The translations under genes and the position numbers were made by a program. This document shows, one piece after another, positions 38,306-51,402 of a stretch of DNA of 64,000 bases. Positions within the stretch are counted from its first letter, which is position 1. The number at the start of each line of letters is the position of its first letter. The notes under the pieces are model-generated. The model was not told the origin of the DNA. It worked only from the letters and a program-made list of their open reading frames with translations, and searched no databases. This DNA is from Camelus dromedarius (lineage: Eukaryota), in contig NC_087447.1 of the NCBI RefSeq assembly GCF_036321535.1, positions 48,734,001-48,798,000 of the forward strand, read 5' to 3'.

Positions 38306-39603
38306 GCCTTGGTTTCCAACAAGAGTACCTGGGCAGATGATGGTCCCATTGCTGAGATGGAGAAAGCACAGGAGGGGGCAGGGCTGATATGCAACTGGTA
38401 CTGGCTGTGCCCACGGGGAAAACCACTGCTGCTCTGAGCCCCTTTGGCAGCCCAGCTGCATGGACTTTCCCTGTGACCCACAGATCCTCTCCAGCATCTA
38501 AAGTATTAATATCTGGCACAGCGATGGGCCTTTAGGATGCTGATCACAACCTCTGGGGAACTGTTGGTTCCTGTGCCCTAAATATTTTTAATACCACTGC
38601 TGGTGGAATTGGGTAAGGAAGCATGTAAGTCAGAGTTCATTTGGGGAAATATAAAGTTAGAAGTGACTATAAGAACCCAAGTGGAAATGTCAACACAATA
38701 TTCTGTAAATAGCTAAAAGCTACGAGGAGAGTTCTGGGCTGGAGGAGGAGATCGTTGATCCTCCACTGCCGACAGCATCATGTCCAAACTCCTTTAAGTT
38801 TATTATCCAGTTCCCACCTGTCTTTCCAGCTCCATCTCCTGCCACTTCCCTGCCAGGATCCCTGCCATCTTCTGCTTCCTGATGCCTCTGTGTCCTAGGA
38901 CACTCTATTCCGGGACCCCTGCCTGGAATGCCCTACCTTATCTTCTTCATCGGCCATCCTCCTCCTCATCCTTCAGGGCTCAGCTCACACATCTCCCTCT
39001 TCCAAGGCCTTCTGCCTTCTCGTCTGCCTTCCACAGCCCTCCATGTAGAGGAGAGCACCCTGCCGTGTACACTTCTGTTTAGATCCCTGCCTTTTGCACT
39101 AAGCTGTCAGCTCCTCCAGGTCAGGATGGGGTCTGGTGGCTCCCTGGGCCCAGCAGAGAGCTGATATGGAGCCATTTTATAGAGTTCTGACTGTATTTAC
39201 CATAGTCCCACCCTTACTCCATCACCTCTGTGCACGTTGAGCTACACATTTAGACAAACCAAACTTGCTCTTCTCGAATGAATTGGCTCTTAAAGACAAA
39301 GACCACTCTTTCCACATCACTTCTCACTCTCTCACAGTCTGAGAAAGGGCCCACAAATGAAAAGAACCGAGGAACCTGGTCAAATGAAACTGAATCTCAG
39401 CCTGGACTCTCATGAGCTGAGTGACCTTGGGGAAGTTACTTAACCTCTCTGAGCCTCAGGTTTCTCAGGTGTTAAGAATGGAGATAACAATACCTATCTC
39501 ATAAGATGGATGTGAGGAGTGAATGAAATAATGTATATAGAAGTGTCCAGTGATTACCAGGGGCTGGAAAGTGGGAGAATGGTAGTTATTATTAATGGGT
39601 ACT

Positions 39604-39753
39604 GGGGAGGGTATAGCTCAGTGATAGAACGCATGCTTAGCATGCATGAGGTCATGGGTTTGATCCCCAGTACCTCTGTTAAATTTAAAAAACAACAAAC
39701 AAACAAACAAACAAACCTAAATACCTGCCCCCACTTCCCCCCAAAGAAATAAA
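39604..39753 (+). mobile_element. tRNA-derived SINE (Vic-1-like), nested in an old L1 3' end (about 39548-39950)
   Basis: GGGGAGGGTATAGCTCAGTGATAGAACGCATGCTTAGCATGCATGAGGTCATGGGTTTGATCCCCAGTACC, then (AAAC)n and a C-rich 3' part. Confidence 0.85.
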
Positions 39754-40990
39754 GAATGTTTACTGAGGTTCAGTTTGGGATGATGAAGAAGTTTTGGAAA
39801 TGAATTGTGGTGATGGTTGTGCCACAATGTAAATGCAGTAATGCCACTAAACTGAGCATTTAAAATGGCTAAGATGAAAAAAAAAGGCTAAAATGGTAAA
39901 TTTCATGTTATGTATATGTTACCAAAATATAAATAAATAGATAAATAATATCCCTAATAAAAGAAGGCAGACACACACAAAAAGCATGGTCCCAGGTACA
40001 CAGTGGAAGATCTGTGTGTCAGAGTTTCTTTCTTCCTTCTTCCTGGATTTCTCTTCACCTGGGTTCCCGGGCTACAGCCAAGAGGCAGGATGAGGGAGAG
40101 CAGGACGGGTGTCGAGGGAGGAAGTGATTAAATGTTGAACGAGGATCTGGTGGTTGTGGGGTCAAAGCTAGGACGGCCCTTTGGGAAGGCCAGGCATCAG
40201 GAGGCGGGCTGCCTCCTGGCCTGGAAGGAAGAGGATGTCCGGAGGTCAGGGATGACACTAGTGTTTTTGGCCATGGGAGAGAAGTGAGATATCTAAACTA
40301 AGGAGGAAAGGCGGGTAGGAATTGCAGGATGTCCATATTGGCCTATGTGGCAAAAATAAATGCTTCTGTAAGTAAATACATACGTAAATAAATAAGTTCA
40401 GATTTTTTTTGTCTCCAAATCCATCGTCTTGCTCCACTTTACCAAGGACACAAGTAGCATAATAAGCTGAGAAGGGAAACAAAGAGATTATTAAATTCCG
40501 GTTGCTATGGGGAAATTACAAATGAGGTCTGACGCTATCTTTGTTTCTTTTTCATTATGAAAAATACCTTGCCTGACATGGGCACCCTGCCACCATTGGG
40601 AGAACCGTGAGAATCCAGTTTGTTCCCAAAACACTGCCATAGGGAGATGAGGTCAAAAGGGAACACGATTTTCCCCCAGGGCAGCCCAAACCAAAAATAA
40701 ATAAATGAATAAATGATAAATAAATTATGTCCTAGGAGAAACACTGAAACAGGAATCAGAGCACATGGCTTCCAGTCTGGTGCTTTCACATGCCAGCTGG
40801 GTACCCAGGGGCAAGGCATTCCTCCTGTTTGCACTTCAGTCCTAGGGTGCTTCTATCTCTCATGTTTGGAATCTAGGATATACATTTTTCAAACCCTTGA
40901 ACAGAACAACAATGGAAGTTGAAGAGAGAAGAGAAAATGCTGAATGGTGGAGCTTAATATCCTAGAGCTAGCAAAGAGGTCCCCCAGCTC

Positions 40991-41030
40991 ATTCATCCAT
41001 CCATCCATCCATCCATCCCTCCATCCATCC
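40991..41030. repeat. (ATCC)n microsatellite
   Basis: ATTCATCCATCCATCCATCC... preceding a reverse L2 tail. Confidence 0.85.
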
Positions 41031-41467
41031 AGTATTCCCATCTGAGTAAGTACCCTGTGCCTGGCCCTGTGTAGGGAAGTAAGAACCAAAAACTGAATCA
41101 GACTCAGCCCCTACCTGCACGGAGCTTGCAGTCTAAGGGATGGAAAGGATGATGTGGGGGCAAGGCAAAGGGATAAATAAATGATTATACCACCAGGGGC
41201 GATGGGCCTGGGAACTGAGGGTAAGGGTATAGTAGGGGTGCATAGTGGGCAAGACTCATTCAGCTTGTGGAGGCCAGGAATGGCTTCCCGAGGAAGAATC
41301 CATTCATGGTAGATTTGAGATCCATTCCAAGTAGAAGGTCTCCAAGCAGGTAAAGGGGGAAACAGCAGAACAGCATATGCACAAGTGTGTTACCCAGTTA
41401 TTCCAATCCCAGGAGACCTTATAGCTCTTCAGGTAAAGACATCCCAGAGTTTTGGACATGATTAGAC

Positions 41468-42159
41468 CAGAGTTTCTCAAACCTGAATCTGTTGACCCCT
41501 TGGGGCCAATAGATGTATTTTCAAAAGGCTGAGATGTGTCTCTGAGATCTTCTAAATATTATATTTCATTTTAGCAATAATTCAAGCAAGTTAAAACAAA
41601 CATTCTGAGTTGTCTGGAAGACCACTACCTCCCATGCTACTTTGGCATTTACTTTGTGTTTGTGATCACTCTGGCACCCAATAGTGCTATGCTAATTGTA
41701 GCCTGACCAGGAAAACAGGGAGGGGGACTTAATGTAAATGGTGCTTCTGTGCCAAGTGGAAGTCAAATGGGGTCTTGGTGCACTGTCAAAATGAAGATTT
41801 TCCAGGAGTTTTACCAGGGAACTATGGTGGGAGCTGCCTGTAGCACACAGTGCTATGGGTGTGCTAGACTCCAAAGAACTGTCAGGTTTCAAATAGCAAT
41901 TGAATTTCAGCAAAATCACATCTTTTGTCACATGAAATTGAAGTGTTATTTGAATTTTATAGGTTTTATAGTTTTCTTTTCCATTTGTCTTGGTTTAGAG
42001 TTGTAGAAGAGCTGTAAGCACAAGGAATAGATACTGAGTGTTGTGCTTATAAGTATGTGAGTGGTATTAAAATTAAAATAATTTGAGTCAACTTTGGAGT
42101 GAGTCTATGAGAATTTTAAACAGGGGCCCATCCTTTACTTGAGTTTGAGAAACATTCTG
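41468..42159. mobile_element. Non-autonomous hAT-Charlie element
   Basis: Imperfect terminal inverted repeats CAGAGTTTCTCAAAC (41468-41482) and GTTTGAGAAACATTCTG (42143-42159). Confidence 0.65.
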
Positions 42160-45100
42160 TTAGCTGCTGTGAACAATTCTCATCATTAATAATTTCTTAT
42201 TTGAATCTAATGGGGTCTTTCCTGCTGCCACCTAAGGTGAACCATAACTTATAAAATGAACCATAGCCTATTATCATGTAGTTCCAAGAAAAGGTACACA
42301 GGGCCTCTAGGAGGTAACTCCATCTTCCAGGGTTAGGGATGTCTGACATTTTTACCATTTTCCACTGCCCCCAATATGCACCTTCTGTTGCAGCCATGTT
42401 GCAGAGGTTGATACCTTAGTGGTGTTTACTGAGCAATTTGGGTAAAGTCAACCTCTCCAAGCTCCAGGTCCCTAATCTGTAAACCAAGCAGGCTAATAAA
42501 ACTTTACCTCTCAGGGCTGTTGTGAGGATTAATTGGGCAGGTGCCTGGAATGCAATAATAATTGTTCTAATAGTCACCATTAATGCTAAACACATTTCCC
42601 CCTCTATCTCATTTAACTTTCCCAAGAAGTCTGCATGGAGATAGTTTATCTCAATTTTATAGCTCAAGAAACAGGCTCATAGAGGTGAAGGGAATTTGTT
42701 CAAATGGCTGAACTGGGGTTCAAGCCTAACTCTTAGACATACAAATAGCCTTGTCTTGTAATCATTGCTCCCAAATACTCACACCCTGGCAGCTCCACCT
42801 ATGGAAATCCTGCCTGCCTTTTAAAAATTCTTACCAGAATTAAGCTCTCCTCCTGTGTGCTCATACCTTTAGCTTGGCCTCATAGATTGCAGGAATTTAA
42901 TCTCATTTTGTATCAAACAGGGTTAGTTTACCCAGGACACACCCTTGGGGGTTGGGGGCTGGGGACAGATTATCTGGGGTTTGGGAACAATCAAATGTTC
43001 TCTGGCTCTGAGCCCCAGCCTAGTGAAATCACCTACACCCAGAGCCCCTTCCCAGAAAACGTCACCACTCCTTTCCCTTGGCTGGGTTCCCAGGCGCTCA
43101 CTTGGCGTTTGTTATACTGAATGGAATTGAATGGAGTCCAGCCTCTGACCTGTGACTACAGTCTCTAATTTGGACAAGTCATTTGAACTTTATGGGCCTC
43201 ACACTCTGTGTAACGGTGTTTGTGTGTGCATGTGAAATGAGTGCTTGGTGCAGTTCAACCTTGCTTCAACATTCTGTGTTTTCTAAAGTTGTAGCCAGAG
43301 AATCAATATGAGACCTGTGGCCAAGTTAAGTTTCTTGGAGCAGGGCATTCCCTGTGATAACTTTTATCATAGTATATCTTCATGAATTGTAGCAAGAAGG
43401 GGAAAAAACGAATATTGCAAACAAAACTTAGCATAGTCATATTTGCCTATCAGGGAATGCCATATGCATCAGTAGAGAAAAGATTTTACTTGTCTAGAAA
43501 AATACTATGGTCAGCCTTTTTGGATGGGAAAGGTGGGTCTTTCTTCCTCACCCCTTGGATAGGGTCTGATCTGGAAGGGGAGGGCAAAACAAAGAAAGGT
43601 GTAAATTGCACTGTGTTAGTAATGAGAGTTTCAGTATTGTTCATGGACTGCTTGAGAGTCTAGAAAGTAAGAAGCTTAAGGATAGAGGGGAGAAATATAT
43701 GAACTTTAAAGAGGGGAGAAGAGACTACAGAAAGATGTAGCCAGTGGGGGAAAAGCCTTGTGACAGGGGAAGGCTAATAAATCTTTAGGAAAGTAATATT
43801 TGACATTCAATTTCTTTCTTGTCAGTAATGTAATTACTTTCCATCACCTGTAGCTCTTCAGTAATAGCCTTGGGTTAGTGCCACAATGGGAGAAAGAAGG
43901 ACAGGGATGGGGGGTGTTTGGTGTCCAGCATGGGGCAATGGGGGTCAGGCACAGAGTACAGCAAGGACCAAGGGCAATGATCAGAAGCAGGACACAGCAG
44001 AGCTTCTGCAACAGTTCAATGCAAACTGGACTGACTAAGAAGGTAAGATACCTTCCCAAACCCTTGGAGATATGGAGGAAGGATCTAAATTTCTGCAGTG
44101 TTTCGCATGAAGAATTGGTTCGTTTCACTATTATTTAACACTTTATTGAGATATAATTGACACAGAAGAAACTATACATACTTAAAGTTTATAATTTGAT
44201 AAATTTTGACATATTACATATGTGTTTGAGATCATCATCACAATAACGAACATTTCCATCACCTCCCCAGATTTCCTTATGCCCCTTGGCCCTCCCTTCC
44301 TCTGACCCCTTCATCCATTCCCAGGCAACCACTAATTTGTCTGAAACTATAGATTAGTTTGCATTTTCAATGTCTATTTCTCCTTGAGTGAACCTTAGTA
44401 GTTTGTGCCTTCAAGAAAGTTGTCCAGTTCATCCAAGTTGTCGAATATGTTGACATAAACTTGTTTGTAATATTCTTTTATTGTCCTTTTAATATCTGCC
44501 AAATCTATAAGGATGTCACTGGTCTCATTCCTGATATTGGTAGTTTTATCATCTTTCTTTTTTCCTCATCAGTGTGGCTAGAGGCTTATCAATTTTATTG
44601 ATCTTCTTAAAGAACTTTCTTTTGATTAAATAGACTTCATTTTTGTTTTTGACTTCATTGATTTCTGCTCTTAATTTTTTCTACTTTCTTTGGTTTAATT
44701 TGTTCTTTTTCTTGCTTTTAGGTGGAAACTGACATAATTCTTTTGTGACCTCTCTTCTTTTTCTAATATATATATTTTATATACATCTTTATACTAATAT
44801 ATATTGTATTTAGTGTGTACGGTTCTCCCTAAGTACTGCTTCAGTGGTCCCACAAATCTTGATACTTTGTGTTTTCATTTTCATTCAGTTCAAAATAATT
44901 TCTGATTTCCCTCTTGACCCCTAAGTTGTTTAGAAATGTGTTATTTGGTTTTCAAATACTTGGGGGATTTTCCAGAAATTCTTCTATTATTGATTTTCAA
45001 TGTAATGACACTGTGGTCAGAGAACACTCTTTGTATGATCTTAATAATTTTAAATTCATTGAGACATGTTTTATGGCCCCAGAGGTGATCTGTCTTGGCA

Positions 45101-45657
45101 AATGTTCCATGTGCATTTGAACTGAATGTATAATCTGCTGTTTGGGCTGGAGTGTACTATCAATATTAATTAAGTCAAGCATTTAATAGTATTGTTTAAA
45201 TATGTATCCTTACTGATCTTATGTCTATTCTTTTTCAATAATTTAGAGATATTGAAATCCAATTACAACTGTGGATTTGTTTATTTCTCTTTGTGGGTAT
45301 ATCAGTTTTGGATTCATACTTTTAAACTCTGTTATTAGGTGCATCAATATTTAGGATTGTAATGTCCTCTAGATGAACTAAGCCCTTTATCATTATGTAA
45401 TGATCCTCGTTGGCACTAATATTATTCTTCGCTCTAGATATTCTACTTACCCATCTGTTCTTTGTTTCCTTTTGCTCTTCTTCTGCCTTCTATTGGTCTA
45501 ATTAAACGTTTTAAATAATTCTGTTTTGTCTCCTTTGTTAGCTAATAAGCTGTAACTCTGTTTTGTTATTTTAGTGATTGCTCTGGGGTTTAGACTATAC
45601 TACTTTAAATTTTTACAGTCTACCTTTAAGTGATACTATGCCATTTCACATATAGTC

Positions 45658-46513
45658 TGTGTGAGATAATAGAAAATATACGTTGGTCTCTGTGCCCAGT
45701 TCTTGGCACAGAGATCCTAAAACCCTTGTAATTTCCTAAGTGATAAGAACACTAGGAGTGTTTCTTATTCTAATATTGGTCTTTGACCTCTGTTTCTGAT
45801 ACAGAGCTCCTGAAACCCTTGTAATTTTCTGGGTGATAGGAGTGTCTTTTATTCTAAGGAAGTGACTCTGGGTAAGGCTCTTGGATAGTTCCTGGATGAA
45901 GGCTGGTCACCAGAAAGACCATGCCATGATTAGAGGCTTGAAATTTTCAGCTCCACTCCCCATTCTTTTGAGAAGGGGGAAGGGCTGAAAATGGAGTTAA
46001 TGATCAATCATGCCTTTGTAATGAAGCCTCCATAAAATCCCCAAAGTACGGGGTTCAGAGAGCTCCCAGATTTGTGAACACATGGAGTTGCTGGGAGAGT
46101 GTTGCACCTAGAGAGGACATGGGAGCTCCATGCCGCTTCCCACATACCTCACTCTAAGCATCTTTTCCATCTGGATGTTCACCTGTATCCTTCTTGTACC
46201 CTTTAATAAAATGTTAAATGTAAGCAAGTGCTAGCTGCTCTAGCAAATGGATTGAACCTGAGGAAGGGGTTGAGGGAACCTCTGATTTATAGCTAGCTGG
46301 TCAGACACCCAGGTGACAATCTGGCCTTTTGGCTGGCATCTGAGGGGCAGTCTTGTGGGGCCCTGCTGGTGTCCAAGAATTGCTTCTTTGTGTCGGGGGA
46401 AAACGCCGCACATTTGGTGACCAAAAGTATCAGAAGTGAAGTGTTCTGCATGAATAGTAAAGGAGACACACAAAAGAGAAACAGTAGGGAAGAACCAGGT
46501 TTTTTCCTACACA
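45658..46513 (+). mobile_element. Solo LTR, MER21-like
   Basis: TG...CA termini (TGTGTGAGATAAT...TTTTTCCTACACA), an internal AATAAA near 46205, and an internal direct repeat CAGAG(A/C)TCCT(A/G)AAACCCTTGTAATTT. Confidence 0.75.
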
Positions 46514-46696
46514 GAAAGATGAGAAAAACTGAGTTGTTTCTAATGCAATATGAGAATTGTAAAATAGTAAAATTTCATTACCCTTCTCCTGCTCTTTGTA
46601 CTCTTGCTGTCATACATTTTATTTTTACAGATGTTATAAACTCTATACTACCTTGTTCTTTTTGTTAAGCAGTTAATTTTCTTTTAAATAGATACA

Positions 46697-46828
46697 GGGG
46701 GAGGGTATAGCTCAGTGGTAGAGTGCATGCCTAGAATGCACAAGGTCCTGGGTTCAATCTCCATACCTCCATTAAAAAAATTAATTAATAAAAACCTGAT
46801 TACTTCCCCCTCCCAAGTTTTTTTTAAA
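46697..46828 (+). mobile_element. tRNA-derived SINE (Vic-1-like) with 11-bp TSD
   Basis: GGGGGAGGGTATAGCTCAGTGGTAGAGTGCATG...GGTTCAATCTCC. TSD AAATAGATACA at 46686-46696 and 46829-46839, at a TTTT/AAA L1-endonuclease site. Confidence 0.9.
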
Positions 46829-49800
46829 AAATAGATACAAATAATGAGAATTCTTACATATTTCCCCATGTAGATTCCCCTTCTTGTGCTCTTCATTCCT
46901 CTGTTGGATCTATATTTTTAGATGGTATTTTCCTTCTTGCTGAAAAAAATTCCTTTAGCATTTCTTTCAGTGTTTGTCTCCGAGTGATGAATTCTTTCAG
47001 TTTTTCTATGTCTGAAAACATCTTTATTTTTATTTTTCAGAAGGGTATTCTCACTGGATATGGAATTCTAGGTTCACAATTTTTTTCAGTACTTTAAAGA
47101 TTCTGCTGCACTAGGTTCTCACTTGCAGTGTTTCCAACAAGAAATCTGTTGTCATCCTTAACTTTATTCTTTTTTATGTAACTTGCCTTTTTCTCTGGCT
47201 GCTTTTGATATTTTTTTTATCACTCATTTTGAACAGTTAGGCTATGCTCTGCCTTGTAGTTTTCTTCATGTTTCTTGAGCTTCTTGGCATTCACTGAGCT
47301 TTATGTTCTGTGGGTTTATAGTTTTTAATCAAATTTGAAAGAAATTCAGCTTTTATTTTTTCAAAAAAGTTTTTTTTTCTGTCCTCATCTTCTATTATTT
47401 GGGAACTGAAATTACATATATATTAGACTGACTGAAGTTGTCCCACAGCCCACTCATGCTCTTTTAATTCTTAATTCATTTTTATCTCTGTATTTCACTT
47501 GTGTAGTTTATGTTGCTATGCCTTTATATTCACTAATCTTTTCTTCTGCTATGTCTAATCTACTGTTAATTCTATCCAGTATATTTGTCATCCCAGACAT
47601 TTGAGGATTTCATCTCTAAAGGTTTTATTTCTGTCTTTTTTATATCTTCCATGCCTCTACTTTCTGAACATATGGAATACAATTATAACAACTGTTTTAA
47701 TGTCCTGCTCTGTTCATTTGAACATCTGTGTCAGTTCTGGGTCAGTTTCAATGGATTGATATTCTTTTCACTATATAGTGAGTCACATTTTCCTGCCTCT
47801 TTGCATGCCACTACTGAGCCAAGACTTTCCTGACTGCTCCATCCAATGCCCATTAAATGTAAGTTTTCCTAGTTCAGCTTGTGGGAAGAAACACTATTCC
47901 TGGACACTACTGGCCACTGTCACCTCTAGTCTGTTAGGGTGGTTCTTTCCCTGGGCTTGGTAGTTTCCTCACATGCATGTGCTGATTACTCAGCTGAAAA
48001 ACTCAAGTAAGACATTCTGTGAATCTCTGGCATTCTCTCTGTGTGAAGTTCTCTTCTCCCTGTACAGTTCCTATTGAACTCTAGCCATTCCTCCCTCTTG
48101 AAAATTTGAAAAATCACCATATGTTACAATCAATAACTATATTAATAAGAATATTAATTCACATTTATTGAACATTACAATTTCTGAATGAGGAAACTGA
48201 GCTTAGGGAAGTTATGTAATTTATCAAAAGTCATTAAAACAAAGGTAATCTGTCTCTAACACCCACTTTTTTAATCCTTTTTTTTAAATTGAAGTTCAGT
48301 CAATTACAATGTAATGCCCACATTTTAAACCATCAGATTGTACTATGTTATCATGTATTTTGTGTGTTATTATTTCCTTATTTTTATGATGAGCTTCTAT
48401 TAAATCTATGATGTAGTTAATAATGAGTGGCAATTTAGAACAGAGAAAACTTAATATTTAAATTAAAAACTGAGGACAGAATAAGAGAATGTGAGGTCAT
48501 GTGAGTCACCTAATAATAATTACTATCGCTAACATTTATCAAGCACTTTTTGAAGACCAGATGTTTGGTTGAATGCTCTGTATACACTACCTATTTTATT
48601 CTCACATTCTATTCGACAAATACTATCTCCATTTTACAGACAAGGAAACTGAGGCTGAGAAAGATTTAATTAAGTAGTTGCCTACCATCCCACACTAAGA
48701 TGGCGGATCTAGACTATAGACCTGTCTGCTAAACCCATGCCGTTTGCCACTCCACTAAATTGCCTGTTTGGGGAGGATCTGGAATGACAAAAATAAATAA
48801 TGTGCTCTCAGAGTTCATAGTTTAATGGAGGAGATAGGTGTGAAAATAGTTGCATTATACTGTTCTTTTAGTGCCGATTTACTTGGTTGCAAGTGACAGA
48901 ATTCCAATTTGGCCTAGCATAGTAAAAAGGGAAAAAAATTCCTAGGTAATCATGCAGGGCAAGAAATCAGCTGGGCCCTTACGACAACAGGACTCAGAGA
49001 CTGGAATCTCCTCAGGATTCTCTCACTCTCTGACTCCTGTCTATTTCTTATCCTTTCTTTCAATAATTTATTATAAAAAAATTCAATATACAAAAATATT
49101 GGAAGATTTGTACATATATATACTATCACGTAAATTTTACAACTGTTACCATTTTGCAGTATTTAATTTATCACGTATTTGTCCATCCATTCCTGTTCTA
49201 TTTTGCATTTTGGATTTGTTTTCTCAGATTAGCTTCCCAACTGATGGCTTAAATCCCCATCTCATACCTTACAGTCTTAATTCTGCAGCTCCAATTAAAA
49301 AACTTCTATGGCTGGACTCGAATTCACCTAACTTGGGTGTGCACATGCCACCTGGACTAACTAAGGGGAAGGTATACTGTAATAGCAGCCCCCAATAGGA
49401 CTACATGGTGGTCAGGGACAGAGAGTCAGGGAATGGAAGTAGGTGAACAAAACAATAACAACTGTGATAAGTGCTGCGACAAAGGGAACAGCAGGGGATT
49501 GTGGGAATGCAAAGGGAGGCACCTAATCCCAGTTGAGATAGTCTAAGCATGGCTTCCTGAACTGAGTCTTAAAAGACATGGGAAGTTAAGCACTGGGAAA
49601 AGCTAGATGCTGAAGAGTTCATGGAACTCAAAGTGCAAAAGTAGCAAAAGAGTCTGAGGAGGTATAAACTAAGAAAAGAAAAATAATGTGGCCATACAGG
49701 TGTACTCCAGTGTTGAAATACTTTATGGTGCAGGCAACAGTGAACTGACTCTCAAAGCTGATTGTATGCTTGTTAGTAGTTTGAAATTGTCCTTTGTAAG

Positions 49801-50900
49801 AGTACTTTCACCATGGAAATCAGTAAGTCTACAAATGAGGGCTTTCTTTTTTTTCTCAGACTGGTTAAACATTGACCAACACCGCTGGTCCCAGGCTATA
49901 AAGACCTGAGGATTACTATTATATCTTCTCCTGATGTTCTCTCATGTAGGCTGAAGTATTTCTGTTGTAAAAATTTCTCCTGAAGATTCTCTTTCTGGTC
50001 TTGAATTATTTTCCCTTGATGTTTCATTCATTCATTCATTTCACAGACCTGCCTACAAGGTGCCATGCTAGTACTGGGTGCTGCAGATAAGTGAGTGGGT
50101 GCTGACACCACCAAGAAGTCACGGCACCTGTACCCTTGTTCCTGTCTGGACTTCACAGAATATTTTACCATGAACTAAAGTGGACAGATTGCTATTGGAA
50201 AAGAAAGATTCTTAGCTTGTGGGATTTAGAAAAATAATAATCCATTAACACTGATGGAGTCCTAGCTGGCTCCAGGGTACCTCCTGTCTGGATCCCATAG
50301 GAGATTATAATAGAGGTTGGCAAACTTTCCGAAGTACTCTACCAAGTCCACATATAACCATGAAACATATTCAAATTTTATTTCCCTGTAATAGTAAGTT
50401 CAGACTATCTTCATTAGCAACAATTATTGATCAAAGTACTCCCTGAACTATGCTAGATGACACTTCCTGCCCTTAAGAAGAGTTAGGACCCATTAAAATA
50501 TATATAAAGAAAAAGAAAAACAAACATAAATAAGAATAGTACTTAAATCAGAGAATCATAAGAGTGAAAGGAACTATGGTATGCCTCCTTTTGTATGTTG
50601 TATTTTTCACTTTCCTAATAGTGTACTTTGAACCACAGGTTTTTAATTTTGATGCTGTCAAACAAGTCTATTTTTTTGTTGTTTTAGCTTTTAATGTTAC
50701 ATCTAAAAATATTGCTTTATACAATTGCTTTTAAAATCAGTTAATAGTATAAAGAAGAAATACATATTTATTCTGTCTTTTATAATTATAAAGGTAACAT
50801 AATTACCTTTACTAGTGCTCTTTGTTTTTTCATGTGTATTTGAATTACCATCTGGGGTGAATTGTTTTCAGGCTGAAGAATTTCCTTAAGCATTTCTTGT

Positions 50901-51402
50901 GGCTGGTCTCTCTCTCTCTCCCTCCTCTTTGGAGATGGCCTTCACTCTGTCTATGGAGTGTGTACCTACTTTTACTCTAATCTGAGCACCCAGTCCTCAC
51001 ACATCATGGCCTTTCCTCTTACTTTTTGAAACAGCCTACACTCTATGCAATATGTATCTCTCTAAATAAATCTACCTTTACTCAACTGTGGCTCTCTCTT
51101 GAATTCGTTCCTGTGTGATGCCAAGGACCCACACTTGGCGGGGCACGTCCCAGGGGCTCAACTGAGGCCTGGGACACGGCCCTCCTCATGCCCCATATCT
51201 GTTTTTCCTGCATCATCTCTTTGGTACCCAACGTGGGGCATTTACATAAAGAAACGGAGCTCAAAAGGCATAATCTCGATCCGCCTATTGGGCTATGGCT
51301 CCCCTCTCTTCCGAGGGTGGCAGGGGGTTTCTCCCACACTGTGCAGATTCAAGTGGCCCCTTAGGTGGCTGCTGATGCTGCCTGCAGGATCTGGCAGAGA
51401 CT
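50901..51402 (+). mobile_element. Endogenous retrovirus fragment: 3' part of LTR, tRNA-Lys primer-binding site and leader
   Basis: AATAAA at 51065-51070. LTR end ...TTTTTCCTGCATCA at 51215. PBS TGGTACCCAACGTGGGGC (51222-51239) is 16/18 to the tRNA-Lys1,2 PBS TGGCGCCCAACGTGGGGC. Flanked by AGCATTTCTTGT at 50889-50900 and 51403-51414, inside an old L1. Confidence 0.85.

Larger units (their letters stand above)
44135..48090 (-). mobile_element. Old fragmented L1 hosting an LTR and a SINE
   Basis: T-rich plus strand. Minus ORF 44997-45182 (MLDLINIDSTLQPK...HSVQMHMEHLPR) resembles a decayed ORF2 endonuclease region. Confidence 0.75.

Noticed and set aside
39604..39675. tRNA-like sequences here and at 10155-10226 and 46697-46770
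   Set aside because: These are SINE heads: they have degenerate stems and are followed by the shared SINE body and tail, one with a clear TSD. They are not tRNA genes.
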